Positions 43,226 to 58,765 of a stretch of DNA of 64,000 nt are shown in pieces. Origin of the DNA: the human T2T-CHM13v2.0 reference genome, Homo sapiens; NCBI RefSeq assembly GCF_009914755.1, contig NC_060936.1; one strand, given 5' to 3'. Within the stretch, counting starts at the first letter, position 1, and every line of letters starts with the position of its first letter. The notes beneath the pieces are model-generated. The model did not search any database. It saw only the letters and a program-made list of their open reading frames with translations, and was not told the origin of the DNA. The translations under genes and the position numbers were made by a program.

Positions 43226-43910
43226 AGATAAAATGGCAAGAGTCGTAATGGGAACAGCTCTGCTCATTGGCTCTACCATATAACCTACATTTATTTTCTT
43301 CGTGGCACTGAACAGTATTTGAAATAGTATTAACCTATTTGCTTACTTGTTTATTGTCTCTCTCTTCCCCTACTAGAATACAATCTACTATAAGAGCACA
43401 AACCTATGCCTTCTATTTCACTACTTTATTTCCAGCATTTATGTTTCTTATCACAGAGTGTGTGCAGAATAAATATTTGTTGAATAAATAAATAGATGGA
43501 AGAAACACTACATATGTCCTTTTAATTTTGAGCTTGGTTGCTCTGCATGATCACACACATTTTCTTATGCCCAATAACATTTAATGTCTCTACCTCTTGT
43601 AGGCAGTAGAATACTTTCAGTTGTTGTTTATATTATATGTAAGTCTTGTATCTGTAAATAGAAGCTAAGTTCCTTGACAAACCATACAGTATAGTTCTAT
43701 TTCCCCACAAAGTATCTTACTTTTGCATAGTGCCATATGGTATACTAAGAACTTTTACATCTGTGACCATCCTTGGTTCACATGATCATGAGGCTGGCAG
43801 ATGGAATCACCCCTCTTGCAGAGATGAGGGAGCAGGCTTAAAGAAGGTAAGTGACTTGTTCAAAGTCAAAGTTAGTAATTAGCACAGCCAGAACTCAAAA
43901 CCAGTTATCC

Positions 43911-44062
43911 ACCAGGCACAGTGGTTCATGCTGTGGCTCAACGCTTTGGAAGGCTGAAGCATGAGGATCACATAAGGACAGAAGTTGGAGGCTGCAGGGA
44001 AACGTGATGACACCACTACACTCCAGCCTGGGCAACAGAGCCAAGACCCTGTCTCAAAAAAA
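43911..44062 (+). mobile_element. Free Alu monomer (FRAM/FAM-like)
   Basis: Monomeric Alu ending cactccagcctgggcaacagagccaagaccctgtctcaaaaaaa. Confidence 0.8.
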
Positions 44063-44124
44063 TGTTTAAAACATTCTTCCAGCTTCAGGCCCAAAGTTCT
44101 TTCCATTAAAAGTCTGATAATGAA

Positions 44125-45902
44125 GAAGCAGCAGCTTCTCCACTCCTTCTCGAATCTCCGCCTGGTTGGGGCCCACCTGCTTCCACTCCTGCCTCCACCA
44201 TGTCCATCAAGGTGATCCAGAAGTCCTACAAGGTATCCACCTCTGGCCCCCGGGCCTTCAGCAGCCGCTTCCTACACGAGTGGTCCCGGTGCCCCCATCA
44301 GCTCCTCAAGCTTCTCCCGAGTGGCCAGCAGCAGCTTCCAGGGTGGCCTGGGTGGAGGCTTTGGCGGGGCCAGCGGTATTGGAGGGATCACTGCTGTCAT
44401 GGTCAACCAGAGCCTGCTGAGGCCCCTTAACCTGGAGGTGGACCCCAACATCCAGGCCAGGTTCTGCACACCCAGGAGAAGGAGCAGATCAAGACATTCA
44501 AAACAAGTTTGCCTCCTTCATCGACAAGGTACGGTTCCTGGAGCAGCAGAACAGGATGCTGGAGGCCAAGTGGAGCCTCCTGCAGCAGCAGAAGATGGCT
44601 CAGAGCAACATGGACAACATGTTCCAGAGCTACATCAACAACCTTAGGTGGCAGCTGGAGACTCTGGGCCAGGAGAAGCTGAAGCTGGAGGCAGAGCTTG
44701 GCAACATGCAGGAGCTGGTGGAGGACTTCAAGAAGAAGTACCATGATGAGATCAATAAGCATACAGAGATGGAGAATGAATTTGTCCTCATCGAGAAGGA
44801 TGTGGATGAAGCTTACAAGAACAAGGTAGAGCTGGAGTCTCACCTGGAAGGGCTGACTGATGAGATCAACTTCCTCAGGCAGCTGCATGAAGAGGAGATC
44901 TGGGAGCTGCAGTCCCTGATCTCGGACACGTCTGTGGTGCTGTCCATAGACAGCAGCCACTCCCTGGACATGGACAACATCATCACTGAGGTCAAGGCCC
45001 AGTATAAGGAGATCGCCAACTGCAGCTGGGCTAAGGCTGACAGCATGTACCAGATCAAGTATGAGGACCTGCAGATGCTGGCCAGGAAGCACGGGGATAA
45101 CCTGAGGTGTACAAAGACTGACATCTCCGAGATGAACCAGAATGTCAGCTGGCTCCAGGCTGAGATCAAGGGCCTCAAAGGCCAGAGGGCTTCCCTGGAG
45201 GCCACCATCACAGATGCCGAGAAGCGCAGGGATCTGGCCGTTAAGGATGCCAACACCAAGCTGTTGGAGCTGGAGGCCGCCCTGCAGTGGGCCAAGCAGG
45301 ACATGGCACAGCAGCTGCGTGTATACCAGGAGCTGATGAATGTCAAGCTGGCCCTGGACATCAAGACTGCCACCTACAAGAAGCTGCTGGAGGGTGAAGA
45401 GAGCTGGCAAGAGTCTAGGATGCAGAACATGAGTATCTACTCAAAGACCACCAGTGGCTACGCAGGAGGGCTGAGCTCGGCCTATGGGGGCCTCACAAGC
45501 CCCCCTCCTCAGCTATGGCCTGAGCTCTAGCTTTGGCTCTGTTGCAGGCTCCAGCTACTTCAGCCATACCAGCTCCACCAGGGCTATGGTTGTGAAGATC
45601 GAGACCCGCGATGGGAAGCTTGTGTCTGAGTCCTCTGACGTCCTGCCTGAGTGAACTGCCATGGCAGCCCCTCCCACCCTACTCCCCCCTGCAGCTGCCC
45701 CAGAGCCCATGAGAGAGGCCACTGTGCAGGGGAGCACAGGGAACAGGAGACCCACCTGAGACTCAGCCCTAGCCCTCAGCCCACCCGCGGCGGGAGTTTA
45801 CTGCCGGGGGACCCCCCTTCCCCATACCTCCAGCTACAAAACAATTCATTTTTTTTTCCAAAATAAACCCTCAGCTAGCTCTGCCAACTATCAAAAAGAA
45901 AA
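44125..45902 (+). pseudogene. Full-length processed keratin 8 (KRT8) pseudogene; pseudogene number not determinable from sequence
   Basis: Intronless. Has the 5'UTR, ATG at 44200 (MSI.V.QKSYKVSTSGPRAFSSR), the rod domain ([18 protein letters not shown]), the original stop at 45652-45654, AATAAA at 45862-45867, an A tail and TSD AA(A/G)AGT(C/T)TGATAATGAA at 44108-44124 and 45903-45919. Frameshifts near 44269, 44460, 44500 and 45505. Confidence 0.97.
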
Positions 45903-46111
45903 AAGAGTTTGATAATGAAAACAATTCTAATGTCATATTTCCATAATATAAAATAGAATATGTTAAAATAATTCCTACTAAATTTTTTTTTCTGGGCCTA
46001 TGAAAAAAGATGCCTTGGCCATGGGTTTGTTTTAAATGCTAAACAAGAGAGGAATTACACATGGCTAGAAATAAATTTAGCTGATTATTTGCCAATATAA
46101 TATTATATATA

Positions 46112-46425
46112 CAGTTATGCATTGCTCAGTAATCAGGATACATTCTGAGAAATGCATCATTGGGCAATTTTAATGTGTGAACCTCATAGAGTGTACTGAC
46201 ACAAACCCATATGGTACAGCCTACTACACACCTAGGCTATTTAGGATAATCTATTGCTCCTAGGTCACAAACTTGTAGGCAACTGTAACACAATGGTACT
46301 TGTGTGTCTGAGCATATCTAATTACATAGAAAAGGTGCAGTAAAAATAGCATATTAAATCTTATGGGACCACTATTGTACGGACAGTTCATCATTGGCCA
46401 AAACATTGTATGCAGCCTATGACTG
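46112..46425. mobile_element. Tigger3a (MER7-type) MITE
   Basis: Termini cagttatgc...atgactg flanked by TA; internal cagcctactacacacctaggcta. Confidence 0.85.
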
Positions 46426-47639
46426 TACAGAAAAAACTGACTACAAATATATGATGGGGCTGGTAGGAGCCATACAGCCCAGTCAGTGAAGTGAGGGCTC
46501 AATCATCTCACTGTCCAATTCACCTCCAGGAAACTTTCTGCTTCAGCCCATTGAGGACACATGGGAAGGAGAGCCTCATACCACCCCCACCCTCCCTTTT
46601 CCCTTCAGGAGCCAGAAATCCAGAATCATATCTGAAATTCATCATTTTTAAATGTTATCAATTAATCTCATTTTAAAGAACATTCTGCATGTCAAATACA
46701 GCCTGGGGGCCACCAGGGTGTGGCTTCAGTTCGAAGCCATCTTATTTCTGAGTAGGTAGCACTTTCTACTCATGGACTGTGTAAACTCTGACTTGAATCA
46801 GAAAAAAAAAAGCAAGAAGAGAACATATGAATACAAAAAAAAAATCTTGGTTATCTTCTCTGTGCTTCTTATTTACCCACATTGAAAATTTTGCCTAGAC
46901 CTATGGACTTCAAATGAGTGCCATTATATGAAATAACTGTGCTTATAAGAGTGCTTTAAAGTCCTTAGTTTTGAAGACGTTTAATGTACTAATCCAACTT
47001 AAAAACTGCCTTCCATGGGAGAATCCAGAGGCTAAAACACAGGCTAAAAACAGAGTATTTATTCTTGAAAGGACAGGATCTGATGTTTCTACTCTATACT
47101 TTAGCAGTGGCACATAAAGATTATAATTGGGAATGAAAGAAAGAAAAGGACCTACTGAAAAACAGATGTCTTGAGCTAGAAGTAGCAATCACAGCATCTG
47201 CACTTTGGCGTCGGGAGAAAAACACTGGAGGAAAACAATAAAGCACAAGGTATAAAAATACCAAAGAAGTCAGCTGGTTTTCTCAGTTGATTGGGGGGAA
47301 AATAGAGTACAAAAGGATATTTAGAATACTTTGGTAAAATTCTGAAGACTTAAATAGCTTATGGTTCACATAAGCTGAGAAATGGAGGTAAAAGGAGAAT
47401 AAAATGGCTGTGCTTAGTTTTTCTGTTACTGTAAGGCTTAAAAGACAATTCAGAACTGGCTCAAATTCAGACTCTTTCACCAAGATCAGTACCATTGCTT
47501 CTTTCTTGGTATCGTCTTTCAAATGTCAAATTCACTCCAATTTATTACATATAACTTTCCAGAAAGCACCTTAAAAAACCGCCTCACTTTATTTCCTTGT
47601 GAATACTCTATGCTATATTTATATATTCTACCTACTACA

Positions 47640-47830
47640 TAACACAGAAAGAATGCAGGATTTGGAGTAAGAATACTTGGATTCAAGACTTGGTCACCTG
47701 TTTAGGTAGATGATTTCTGGAATCCTTTAATTCCTCTGAGCCTCAGTTGATCATTTTGTACAATAAAGGTAATATGACTTGCCTTAACTACCTCACAAGG
47801 TTGTTGCAAGGATTAAAAAAGTGTCTCTCA
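47640..47830 (+). mobile_element. MIR
   Basis: tttggagtaagaatacttggattcaa...ctctgagcctcagtt...cctcacaaggttgttgcaaggattaaa. Confidence 0.8.
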
Positions 47831-49959
47831 AGTTTTAATCTTAAAAATATATTATCTACAAAGCCAAAGGTTCATCCTCCAAGGAAACTACAACCTAACT
47901 GATCATTTAACAAACGTTATTAAACATCTACTGTTACTTTAAACACTGGCAATATAGCTGTGAAAATGACAAGGTCCCTGCCTGCACACATGGAGCCCAT
48001 AATCTGATTACAGTTGTAAATTTTTAATTTGGGGTTTGATGATAACATAGTAAACAAAAAAAATTCATCTTTCAGCTAGTAAGTAGATTACAAGTTTGTG
48101 ATAATGTATTGTTTTTCATTAATTTTCATAAAGAAAAGAATATAATGGCATTACCTTAATTAAATTCAAAGAGGCACTTAGCCTGAAACCACAGAGTAAA
48201 GGCATTATTTACTACACATGTGTCATTGGAATATAGTAATTATTAGTCACCACAGACACACTTGCAATCATGCAAACATAAGGAAAATGCGGCTGCTTAC
48301 TCAAAGTTTGATTTGTGGAAACATGGTATATTCATCCAAAACAGCTATTACGAAGTTCTTATTTTATGCAAGGCCCCACAGTGGACACTATAAGGGATAG
48401 GTCAGCAAGCCCCAGTTTCTTGCTTCCTTCAAAGGACTTGTAATAAAGGAATAAAAGATTTGTGAGCTCATGCAAGTAAGAGAATGATGTATGAATATTG
48501 AAGAAGGGATTATAGTGGCTTAGAAAGAGATACCAAATTTAAGGAGTCAAAAGGTGACTTCATGAAATTTTGACCAATAATGCAAAGCACCAGACCAGTA
48601 GTCAAAACTCCAAGTTTGAGTCTAATGATGTATTCACCCAAATCTGGTTCTATGAACTGAAGCAAATTACTTTAACTCAGTTTTTCCATCTATGAAATAA
48701 AAAAATAGAAAACTACCAATATTCTGACCTTCTCAAATCCTTGAGTTGGAAAAACTCATGACTGAATGAACAGATTTTTCTGAATACCAGTTACTCCACA
48801 GTTTTGATTGTTGCATTAGATAACATATGTGAAGTACTCTATTTCTTACACTAAGTAGGTCCTCAATAAATGTTGAACCCTGATCTGAAGTAGGAAATAG
48901 TTGAACTAAACCTTAACATATTGGTAAGATTTTAATATAGAGAGATATGAAGAAAGTAATGTCAAGCCAAAAGAGCAGGCTGGGGAAAGACACAGAATTT
49001 AGAACATGCAAAGAGTATGAATGGCAAGTAATCTCATTTGGCTCCACGCTAAAGTGTATTAAGCGGAGGAATAAGAGGTAAGCTTGAAACGATGGCGCTG
49101 ACCCAGAATATTTAGAATGCTGACGGCGACATGGAAGTGTTTTCCCTTAATGTAGTAGGTACCAGCGAGGCACTGGGGGACTGCAAAGGACATCAGCCTA
49201 AACATGTAAAATCTATACAAACCCTTTGCATCATTTGATGATCAAACATCTCCAAAGAAAGCCCATCAACGAGCTCTTTGGGTAATATATTTGACAGTAG
49301 CTCATATGACACCACTACCATTTCCAGTTAACATAAATAGAAAGAAACTCTTTGATGATTATTTGTAGTCGCTCTTTTTTAGTAGGACACCGGTGAATGC
49401 CTCTCTCAATATTAGGTGCATTGCATTTCTCAGAATTTATCGTTAATCCAGCTATCTTAAAAACTAGAGATGCTAAATGGAAAGATTTGTATCAATAAAG
49501 TACAGAGTTTATAATTTGTTTCAGAAAGACCTTCACTATACATTTATGAATCACTATGGTACTCCATATAAATACAAAAGAAAGCATGACAAAAATATGT
49601 TCTCTAGGCTACCAATTTGCACTGTGTCTTAAAACTACTATGCAATATGTTTGTACTATGATGAGGGTTACAATAAAATGAAGAATAATTTGAGGGAGAG
49701 AAAAAGAAAAAAGAAGCTAAAAGATAATTAATATCTAAGCTAAATAAAATAAGAAAAACAAAAGCATTTCAAATGTGGAAGCCTGCCTTCTTTTATGAGT
49801 TTTTCACTCCATTCCATTATTAAAATTCAGCCAAATTTCTTAACTGAAGTAAGACAATACTTGCTAAATAAACTTCTTTGTTTCTACTGTAGGAAGCATC
49901 TAAATTTAGAGTTTCTTATTTTTACAAACCTCTTTCAAATGGATGAAATATTTTCACAG

Positions 49960-50130
49960 TCATAATTCAATACAGTGAGTAAGATGTTTTTCCCTGTATT
50001 ATAAAAATAAGAAAACTGAGGCTCAGAGGGATGAAGTGACTTGCTCAGTCAGAGCACACCCAAAAGGGACAGCTTTAAGACCCATATCCAGGTCCTCTGA
50101 TTACAAATCTCTTGTTCCTTCTAGCATATC
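49960..50130 (-). mobile_element. MIR
   Basis: gaaaactgaggctcagagggatgaagtgacttgctca. Confidence 0.75.
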
Positions 50131-51729
50131 ATCCTACAGCAATACTAGTGGGCATGCTATGCGTCAGATAAAAGAGTAGAGAAGGAGTTCTTGGCATTCA
50201 CAATAGTTGCTCTTTTGCACAAAGGGAGAAGAATGACATAGTGCCAGGGTGCAGGGCAGCTTCATTCCTTTTTCATTTATCTAACATAGTCCCACACTTT
50301 CCATACTGAGAATTGTATAAAAATAATCAAGTTCACAGAACCCTTGACACCATCTGCTGACACCACACTGTACAAACATCAAATGTAGATGATAATACAA
50401 TTAAGTTTTAATCTACTTTGGGACACTATCCAATTTGTGGACCATCTGGGGAGCATGTGTCCTCCACCTCAGTTCACCTTTGCTGTTTGCCTGATTCTGG
50501 ACTAACTCTTTCTGTGTGAAGAATGAAAACTGATCACTGCATTAAAATATAATTCAGAAGGCAATGGTATGCTGGAAAACTACATAATTGTCCCCAATGG
50601 TAAACAGAAATAATTTGAAGTTCTCTGCTATTAGAACTTATAAGCATTGCTCTTTTCCTCCATTCACGCCAGTGACGTGAGTGTCGGTGTTACATCATGG
50701 CTGAACAGGCTTCATTCCACTTTCTGATTAAAGAGAATACTATGACAGATCCTCCAAGAAAGATGGAATAGGAGAAAAAATGATTCTCTTCTCCTTCCAG
50801 GTTTTTTATTCCTGTGCACATTAGACAGCATGTCTAAGGGTACTATCTTCACTCCATCACAAGAACCAATCAGAAAGGAAAATAGAGTGTACAATCAATG
50901 GCACGCACTCAACTCTGGAAATAATCCCCATAGTTATGTCAAATAATTGGTTAATAGGCTATGCTTTGGGTAAGGCCTCCCTTTGCACAGAAGAAAGCAT
51001 TTTTACCAAAGCCAGAGCTTTCTTCTCCTCTTTTAGGCTCAGACCTCCCTCTTGTCATTAGGTTCATACCTAAAATTCAGAATAAAAAATTTAAGGAGAC
51101 CTGACCCATTACCATGGGAGTTACATCACACTGGTCAGTCTGGCTCTAATGTGTTGCCCCAGTTCTGGAAATTGAGCTTCTACCATTTTCCCAGGCCTGA
51201 CTCCTTTTCTTGGGTACCTGTAAAAGACCTCACTTTGTTCTCGCTACCACCCCCCTGCCCCCACTGCCACTGCCCCATGGAATGCTGCTCCTGAAACTTA
51301 GTCCTGCTCTTTGCTACCTCCAGACAACGTTTCTTCACACTGATTTCCCACTTGTATCCCTCCTGCCCTCCATAAGAATACTCTGGGCTGTATTGCTTTT
51401 GCCTTATCCCTAAATGTCACGCTTTGCCTACCAGAATGGATCCTGAGAACACAAGTTAGGCCTGATTCCAGCACTGGGTCCGCAGAGTGGCAAGTTCTCG
51501 TGTGGGTCCCAGTGGTCCACATCTGTGTCCACTTGCTGGAGTTGATCACTAAGGGCTTACAGTCTAATTGAAAGGATGTACATTAACAAAAGGATTGGTT
51601 TTTGACTTTTGTTGTCTTATACTGTTACCTCTTACAGGCACTTAAGGATGAAATAGTATGGTTCATGAATTGGGGGGCTATTGGCATAATTCAGCTATAA
51701 TTATAACCAACTTATAATTGACGATGTAA

Positions 51730-51965
51730 TGATAGTACTGAATAGTGGGAAACTTGGGAACCAGACTTCCTGGACTCAAACCCCAGCTTTGACATTTACC
51801 AACTTTGGGCCATTGGGCAAAATTAACGAGTGCCTCAATTTATTCAACTATGAAATAAGGAAAATCATAATGCTTTCTCAAAAGGCTTTGAGGATGAAAT
51901 GTGTTAAAATATATAAAGTGCTTAGAGCAGGACCTGCTCATAATAAATGCTCAACTAATAGATGT
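51730..51965 (+). mobile_element. MIR
   Basis: ccagacttcctggactcaaacccc...tgaggatgaaatg...taataaatgctcaa. Confidence 0.75.
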
Positions 51966-52321
51966 GGATTAACTAGGCAGGCTGCCATATCTAAAAAATA
52001 ATAAGAATCACAGAGAAGACCAAGTAGGGAAATCAGTCCCATATTGAAATTCACTGTTAATTCTTTCAAGAAGACTTCTCTGCCCCTCCCCAGGACAAGC
52101 TGAATTTGACTCCAATACATCAGTAACTGGCAGGGAAGTCTGGAGTACTACGTCTACCTTGACAGCTTATTACCTACATTGAAGTTTTTTATCTGTTAAA
52201 TGTAGAAAATATTGCTTCCTACCTAGTAGGGTTAGCCTTATTACAAAATTAGTTAAGACAGATAAAGCCCTTAGAATCATGCCTGACATACAGAAAACAC
52301 AAGTGTGAGCTAATTGCTTTT

Positions 52322-53145
52322 TTTTTTTATTATACTTTAAGTTTTAGGGTACATGTGCACATTGTGCAGGTTAGTTACATACGTATACATGTGCCATGCT
52401 GGTGTGCTGCACCCACTAACTCGTCATCTAGCATTAGGTATATCTCCCATTGCTATCCCTCCCCCCTCCCCCCACCCCACAACAGTCCCCAGAGTGTGAT
52501 GTTCCCCTTCCTGTGTCCATGTGATCTCATTGTTCAATTCCCACCTAAGAGTGAGAATATGCAGTGTTTGGTTTTTTGTTCTTGTGATAGTTTACTGAGA
52601 ATGATGATTTCCAATTTCATCCATGTCCCTACAAAGGACATGAACTCATCATTTTTTATGGTTGCATAGTATTCCATGGTGTATATGTGCCACATTTTCT
52701 TAATCCAGTCTATTGTTGTTGGACATTTGGGTTGGTTCCAAGTCTTTGCTATTGTGAATAATGCTGCAATAAACATACGTGTGCATGTATCTTTATAGAA
52801 GGACATGAACAGACACTTCTCAAAAGAAGACATTTATGCAGCCAAAAAACACATGAAAAAATGCTCACCATCACTGGCCATCAGAGAAATGCAAATCAAA
52901 ACCACAATGAGATACCATCTCACACCAGTTAGAATGGCAATCATTAAAAAGTCAGGAAACAACAGGTGCTGGAGAGGATGTGGAGAAACAGGAACACTTT
53001 TACACTGTTGGTGGGACTGTAAACTAGTTCAACCATTGTGGAAGTCAATGTGGCGATTCCTCAGGGATCTAGAACTAGAAATACCATTTGACCCAGCCAT
53101 CCCATTACTGGGTATATACCCAAAGGACTATAAATCATGCTGCTA
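52322..53145 (-). mobile_element. Young L1 (L1PA2-like) with 5' inversion (twin priming)
   Basis: 3' part 52322-52798 on the minus strand; inverted ORF2 part about 52799-53145 on the plus strand. TSD GCTAATTGCTTTT at 52309-52321 and 53142-53154. Has GAG (not the Ta ACA) and gagatcac diagnostics. Confidence 0.95.
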
Positions 53146-56124
53146 ATTGCTTTTATAAGTGTAGCCTACACAATGGTCAGGAAGATGCTATGATGAAACC
53201 AGAATGTCCCTAAGTGATTAGAGCCAGGAGGATCCATGTTTCTGGCAAAGGGGGAAACTCATTAGCTCTAGTCATACTCAGGACCCTTCCCACTGAAAGT
53301 AAATTCAAATCTTAACTGTACCTTAAAGAAGAGACCACATGGAGAAAAACACAAAACACTGAGACCAGAAGGAAGCAATCACAGCCACATTCTCCTACAA
53401 ACACAGAAAGTGGGCAAAACAAGGATAACAAGTTTCCAAGGATAACAACTCACATTTTGCAAAGCTTTAAAAGCATGTACTCTTTGAAAAATTCAGTGAG
53501 AGGGTGCGTTTAAAAGATCAAGTAGATAAAAATACTTTTTGAATAAAAATTAGGGTCCCCAAGCAAGGATGCAACAATCCAACATGTACAGGTAGGAGGC
53601 AAAAAGGTGTGAACACAAAGGAGGATCAAAACAATGTAAAGAAGAGAATTTCAGAGTGGACTGACATGTGGTAATTGCCAGATTCTTAGTGAAAAGGTCC
53701 CAGAAATGAATACCTGAGTTCTGCTCTAGTATAAACATATATTAGTTTATTTCATGGTAAATTTCAGAGCCTATTTCTTATTCCAAAAGGTGGACTCAGT
53801 TATTTTCAACAAAAGCTTTTTTAATGCTACCCCTCTCCACTGGAGGCTAAACTCCCCTGGAGTGGTTGGAGACTGTGTTTCCAGCAGCAATGGGCTGGCC
53901 TTGATTGCTAACTATCTGAGTGAGCTTAGGAAAGTTACCACAACTCCTTCTCCATTCATCTCCCGTCTACAGAGTGGACATAATGCTGGACTCTACCCAA
54001 TAGAAGTAACATGATTATTGATTTAGCTAACACACATGATGCACTTAGGAAGGTGCATGACACACCGAAAGCATTATGTACTTTCTGTTGTCTCATAAGG
54101 AACCAAGTTAAAGAATGTCACCATTATTTTTTATGGATATCTAGACTAAGCTGACCCTATTGAGTATTGCAGTCAAGATTCTAAAGGAAAAGATCAAAAG
54201 GGACAAACATGGGCAAATAACACCTCTCTTAGAATCTGTTCTGCGTTGTTCCCTATGGCTCAGTCTGCACCACTAGATTTAACAGGGTTCATTTTCTCTA
54301 GATGTATTTTACCTTACAATCTGGCTTACTAGGAATGAGCTCCCTGAGAAGTTGGCTGGTTTCTTTGTTCTATACCTTGCATTTAATGTAGTTCCAGACA
54401 CAAACTAGGTTCTCAAAAAATGAGTGATGAATAATCAACAAATGGATATCAAGCAGGAAAGAATTGTTCTAAATCCAAGACTACTTGCCAAAATCAGCAA
54501 ACTTTTAAATTCATTAATAGAACAAAATTATTATTTTAATATTATTTTAATAGTTTACAGCTAAAAGCATCAGCAGTGCTTTTTAAAGTGAATTGCGCCA
54601 ACCGCTATGTTGGGAATCTTGAAATGTTTTTGCCGAATACTACTGCCATATCCTTCTGTCATTTAGAGACTTTTTAAATTGTTTTGTCTGCCCCAAATGT
54701 TCTGAGACACTTGTGAGTTCTCTATGCATTGGACTGCCTACACATAGAAAAATTATCCACTTCCCCATCAACCACTGACTTTTTCTATTACCAAATGAGA
54801 GGTTCTAAAGGCCCACAATGACTAGGATAAATCACTCCATTTCTTTTACTCTATTAAAGTAGATATTTTATGTTCCACTGCCACAAAATCCAAAATGAAC
54901 ACCAAAAATAGCCTGTGAGTTGAAGACTCTCATTTTAAAATGGCACCACAATTTATCCTATTTCTTACTGTACCATGAGCATTACATTATTCATTAGAAG
55001 ATTTGGTTTTTAGGCAGCCTTTGCTGCCTTTGCTGAGTGTAGGCTTCCCAGTGCAAACTGGTGATTTAAAGAGATATCTTCCAGAGATAAGGTCACTTTG
55101 TGGATTCCCACCTGTGTGACCCCACCGTGTTTGCATAAATATAAATTTACTCTATGACATTCCTGTCATGTCTGCTCAGTGAGCAAGTAATTTGCCACTC
55201 TCATTACTCCAGGTACAAGATACCTTGTGAAAAATCAATCTTCTTTCTGCTTCATACATCACAGCTTCCCCCAGTCACCCAGTGCATTCTGACTCTGAAA
55301 TGCAGCTGTGGGATAAAGACACAGGTCTGTTTCAGCAGGCTGCATTGTCCAAAGGGGCTAATGAATGTTACACCTCACTGGGAAACCCCATCTTGGGGCA
55401 AGGGAAATGTCTATATAAAAAGCAAATGCGCTGTTTTGTGCAAAGCATTTCCTATACCAGAGGGAGGGAGGTCTTAATAGTAGAACAAATAAGTAGCTAC
55501 AGGGGGTTTAGCACACAGTTTTTCAGAAATATTAATCTGCCATCTCTTCAGGCTACAAATCATTTTCTCTACCTCTTGACAGGTTAAATTTTGACTTTGA
55601 AAGACAATCCATTGCAGGATCCTGACTGGCTATAATATGCCAGACTTCTCCCCGGGGACAGAGTCACCTCCCTCCAGCAGATGAAACCATTTTCAGTGTT
55701 TTCCTTGGTGCTGATTGCTGTTTTTCCACCCATGTATCCTCCTCAACATCGTAGCATAAGTGCCAGTGGGAGAAAAAAGGCAGTGGAAATATTTTCATTT
55801 TGTATCTATTTTCTGATCCAAAAAGGGGTTATATCCTGGAATTTTCTTGCTATATAATAGCACAGATCTGTTTTAGAAAATCACCAATTCGAATGTCAGG
55901 AAATATGTTTTGAGTACCTACTGTGTTCTATTTCTGGAGCTATAAATAAAGTAATTAACAGAAGTAACATAGTCCTTCCATCATGTAATTTATGTTCCAG
56001 AAGGGAGAAAATAAATGAATACCTAAATAAACCAATGTGACAATTTTAAGTATTGATCAGTGTTTGGGGGGCTAAAACATTAGATAGGATGGTGAGAAAG
56101 ATTCAGCCAAATAAACCAGCTGTG

Positions 56125-56846
<722 letters not shown>

Positions 56847-57313
56847 TCACATTAAAAAGTGCTGCTGCATAGACTTGTAGGGGGTAAATGTAGCAGAAGT
56901 AGGGGGAACATCTAGGATGCTCGGGCCACAGTCCAAGCAAGTTATGATGATGGCCTGACCTACAAAGCTATCAGTAGAGAGGAAGAAAAGTACACATATG
57001 TGTGATATACTTTGGATATACAGACCTTAGAACTTGGTCAGAGATTTGATGAGAGGGTAGCAAAGAGGACAGGAATCAAGGACATAGTCAAGATATTTGG
57101 TTTAAAAAACTAGATGAATATTGGTGTCATTACTACGATGGAGAGAAAGTGGAAATGAGTTAATTGTCTTTGGAACATATTAAGTTTGAGAAGACAGATG
57201 TCCAAGATATTACGTAGGAAGTTGGGAACACAAACCTGAAGCTTAGGGAGAATTAACTTCTAGAGCACATAGACACTATTTAATGCCATGCATGTAAATG
57301 AGCTCACTCAGGG

Positions 57314-57878
<565 letters not shown>

Positions 57879-58765
57879 AACTCTGAGTGAGATTATAAAT
57901 AGAGAAGACCCAAGATCTAAAACACTCCTAACTTTAAAGGTGGAACAGAGGAAAAAAGAGGTAGCAGAGAAGACTGAGAAGGAGGTGCCAGTCAGAAGAA
58001 TATGGTTTCACAGAGACTAACAGAAAGAAGGTATCCCAAGAAGGAAATGCTCAACCGAGTCCAAAGTTTTGACTATGGCTTAGGGGTTGAATAGGATGAG
58101 CTTAAACAAGTAACCATTACACTTGGCAGCATGCAAGCAAGGCTTGGTGACCTTGAAAACAGCAGCTACAGTGAAGTGGGAGGAAAGTAGGAGGAACAGA
58201 AGACCCTCTGGAGTGAGATAAAGAGATAAAGAAGTGAATACAATGAATATAGAAACCTCTTCCAATAAGCTTTGCTATGAAAGGGAGAACAAAAACTGGG
58301 TAGCAGCTATGGGAGCACGTAGGGTTGGGGAGATACAGGACGATGTGTGTGTGAAATGGAAATGATCTGGTAGAGAGGGTGAAGTGGAAGATTCAGGAGT
58401 GAGAGGGGAGAATGGCAGGACGAAAGCTCATGAGAGGGAATAAGATCCAGACCATGATGGATGGGTTGGCTTTGAATAGCAGTGGAGACAACTCTTCCAT
58501 TTTAACAGAAAGAACATAGTGAATATGAGTCTGTTGGTTTCAAATTTAATAAACAACTCCAAAGATACACGTACATAAAAATATTCCACTTATAATCAAA
58601 TATTTTCTATGTTTTAGTTTGTGCAAAATTACCCTGCTATTATATACTCACATAAACAAATATAGACATATTCAAAATTAGTTGTTTCAAGACATTTTGA
58701 TAGCTAAATGAATGTTAGATAATCACTTAGGAAAAAAATTATTCATGTTCTCTTTTACATTCCTA

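Noticed and set aside
44427-45410. 327-aa minus-strand ORF on the TAFA2 strand
   Set aside because: It is in exact codon register with the keratin frame. This is the antisense shadow of GC3-rich codon usage (few TTA/CTA/TCA codons), not an independent gene.
50660-50700. CRE-like TGACGTGA with a few CpGs
   Set aside because: A single imperfect motif is expected by chance in 64 kb; no other support.
52355-53146. Three ORFs of about 100 aa
   Set aside because: L1 ORF2 C-terminus and antisense 3'UTR frames; one is a chimera across the inversion junction.
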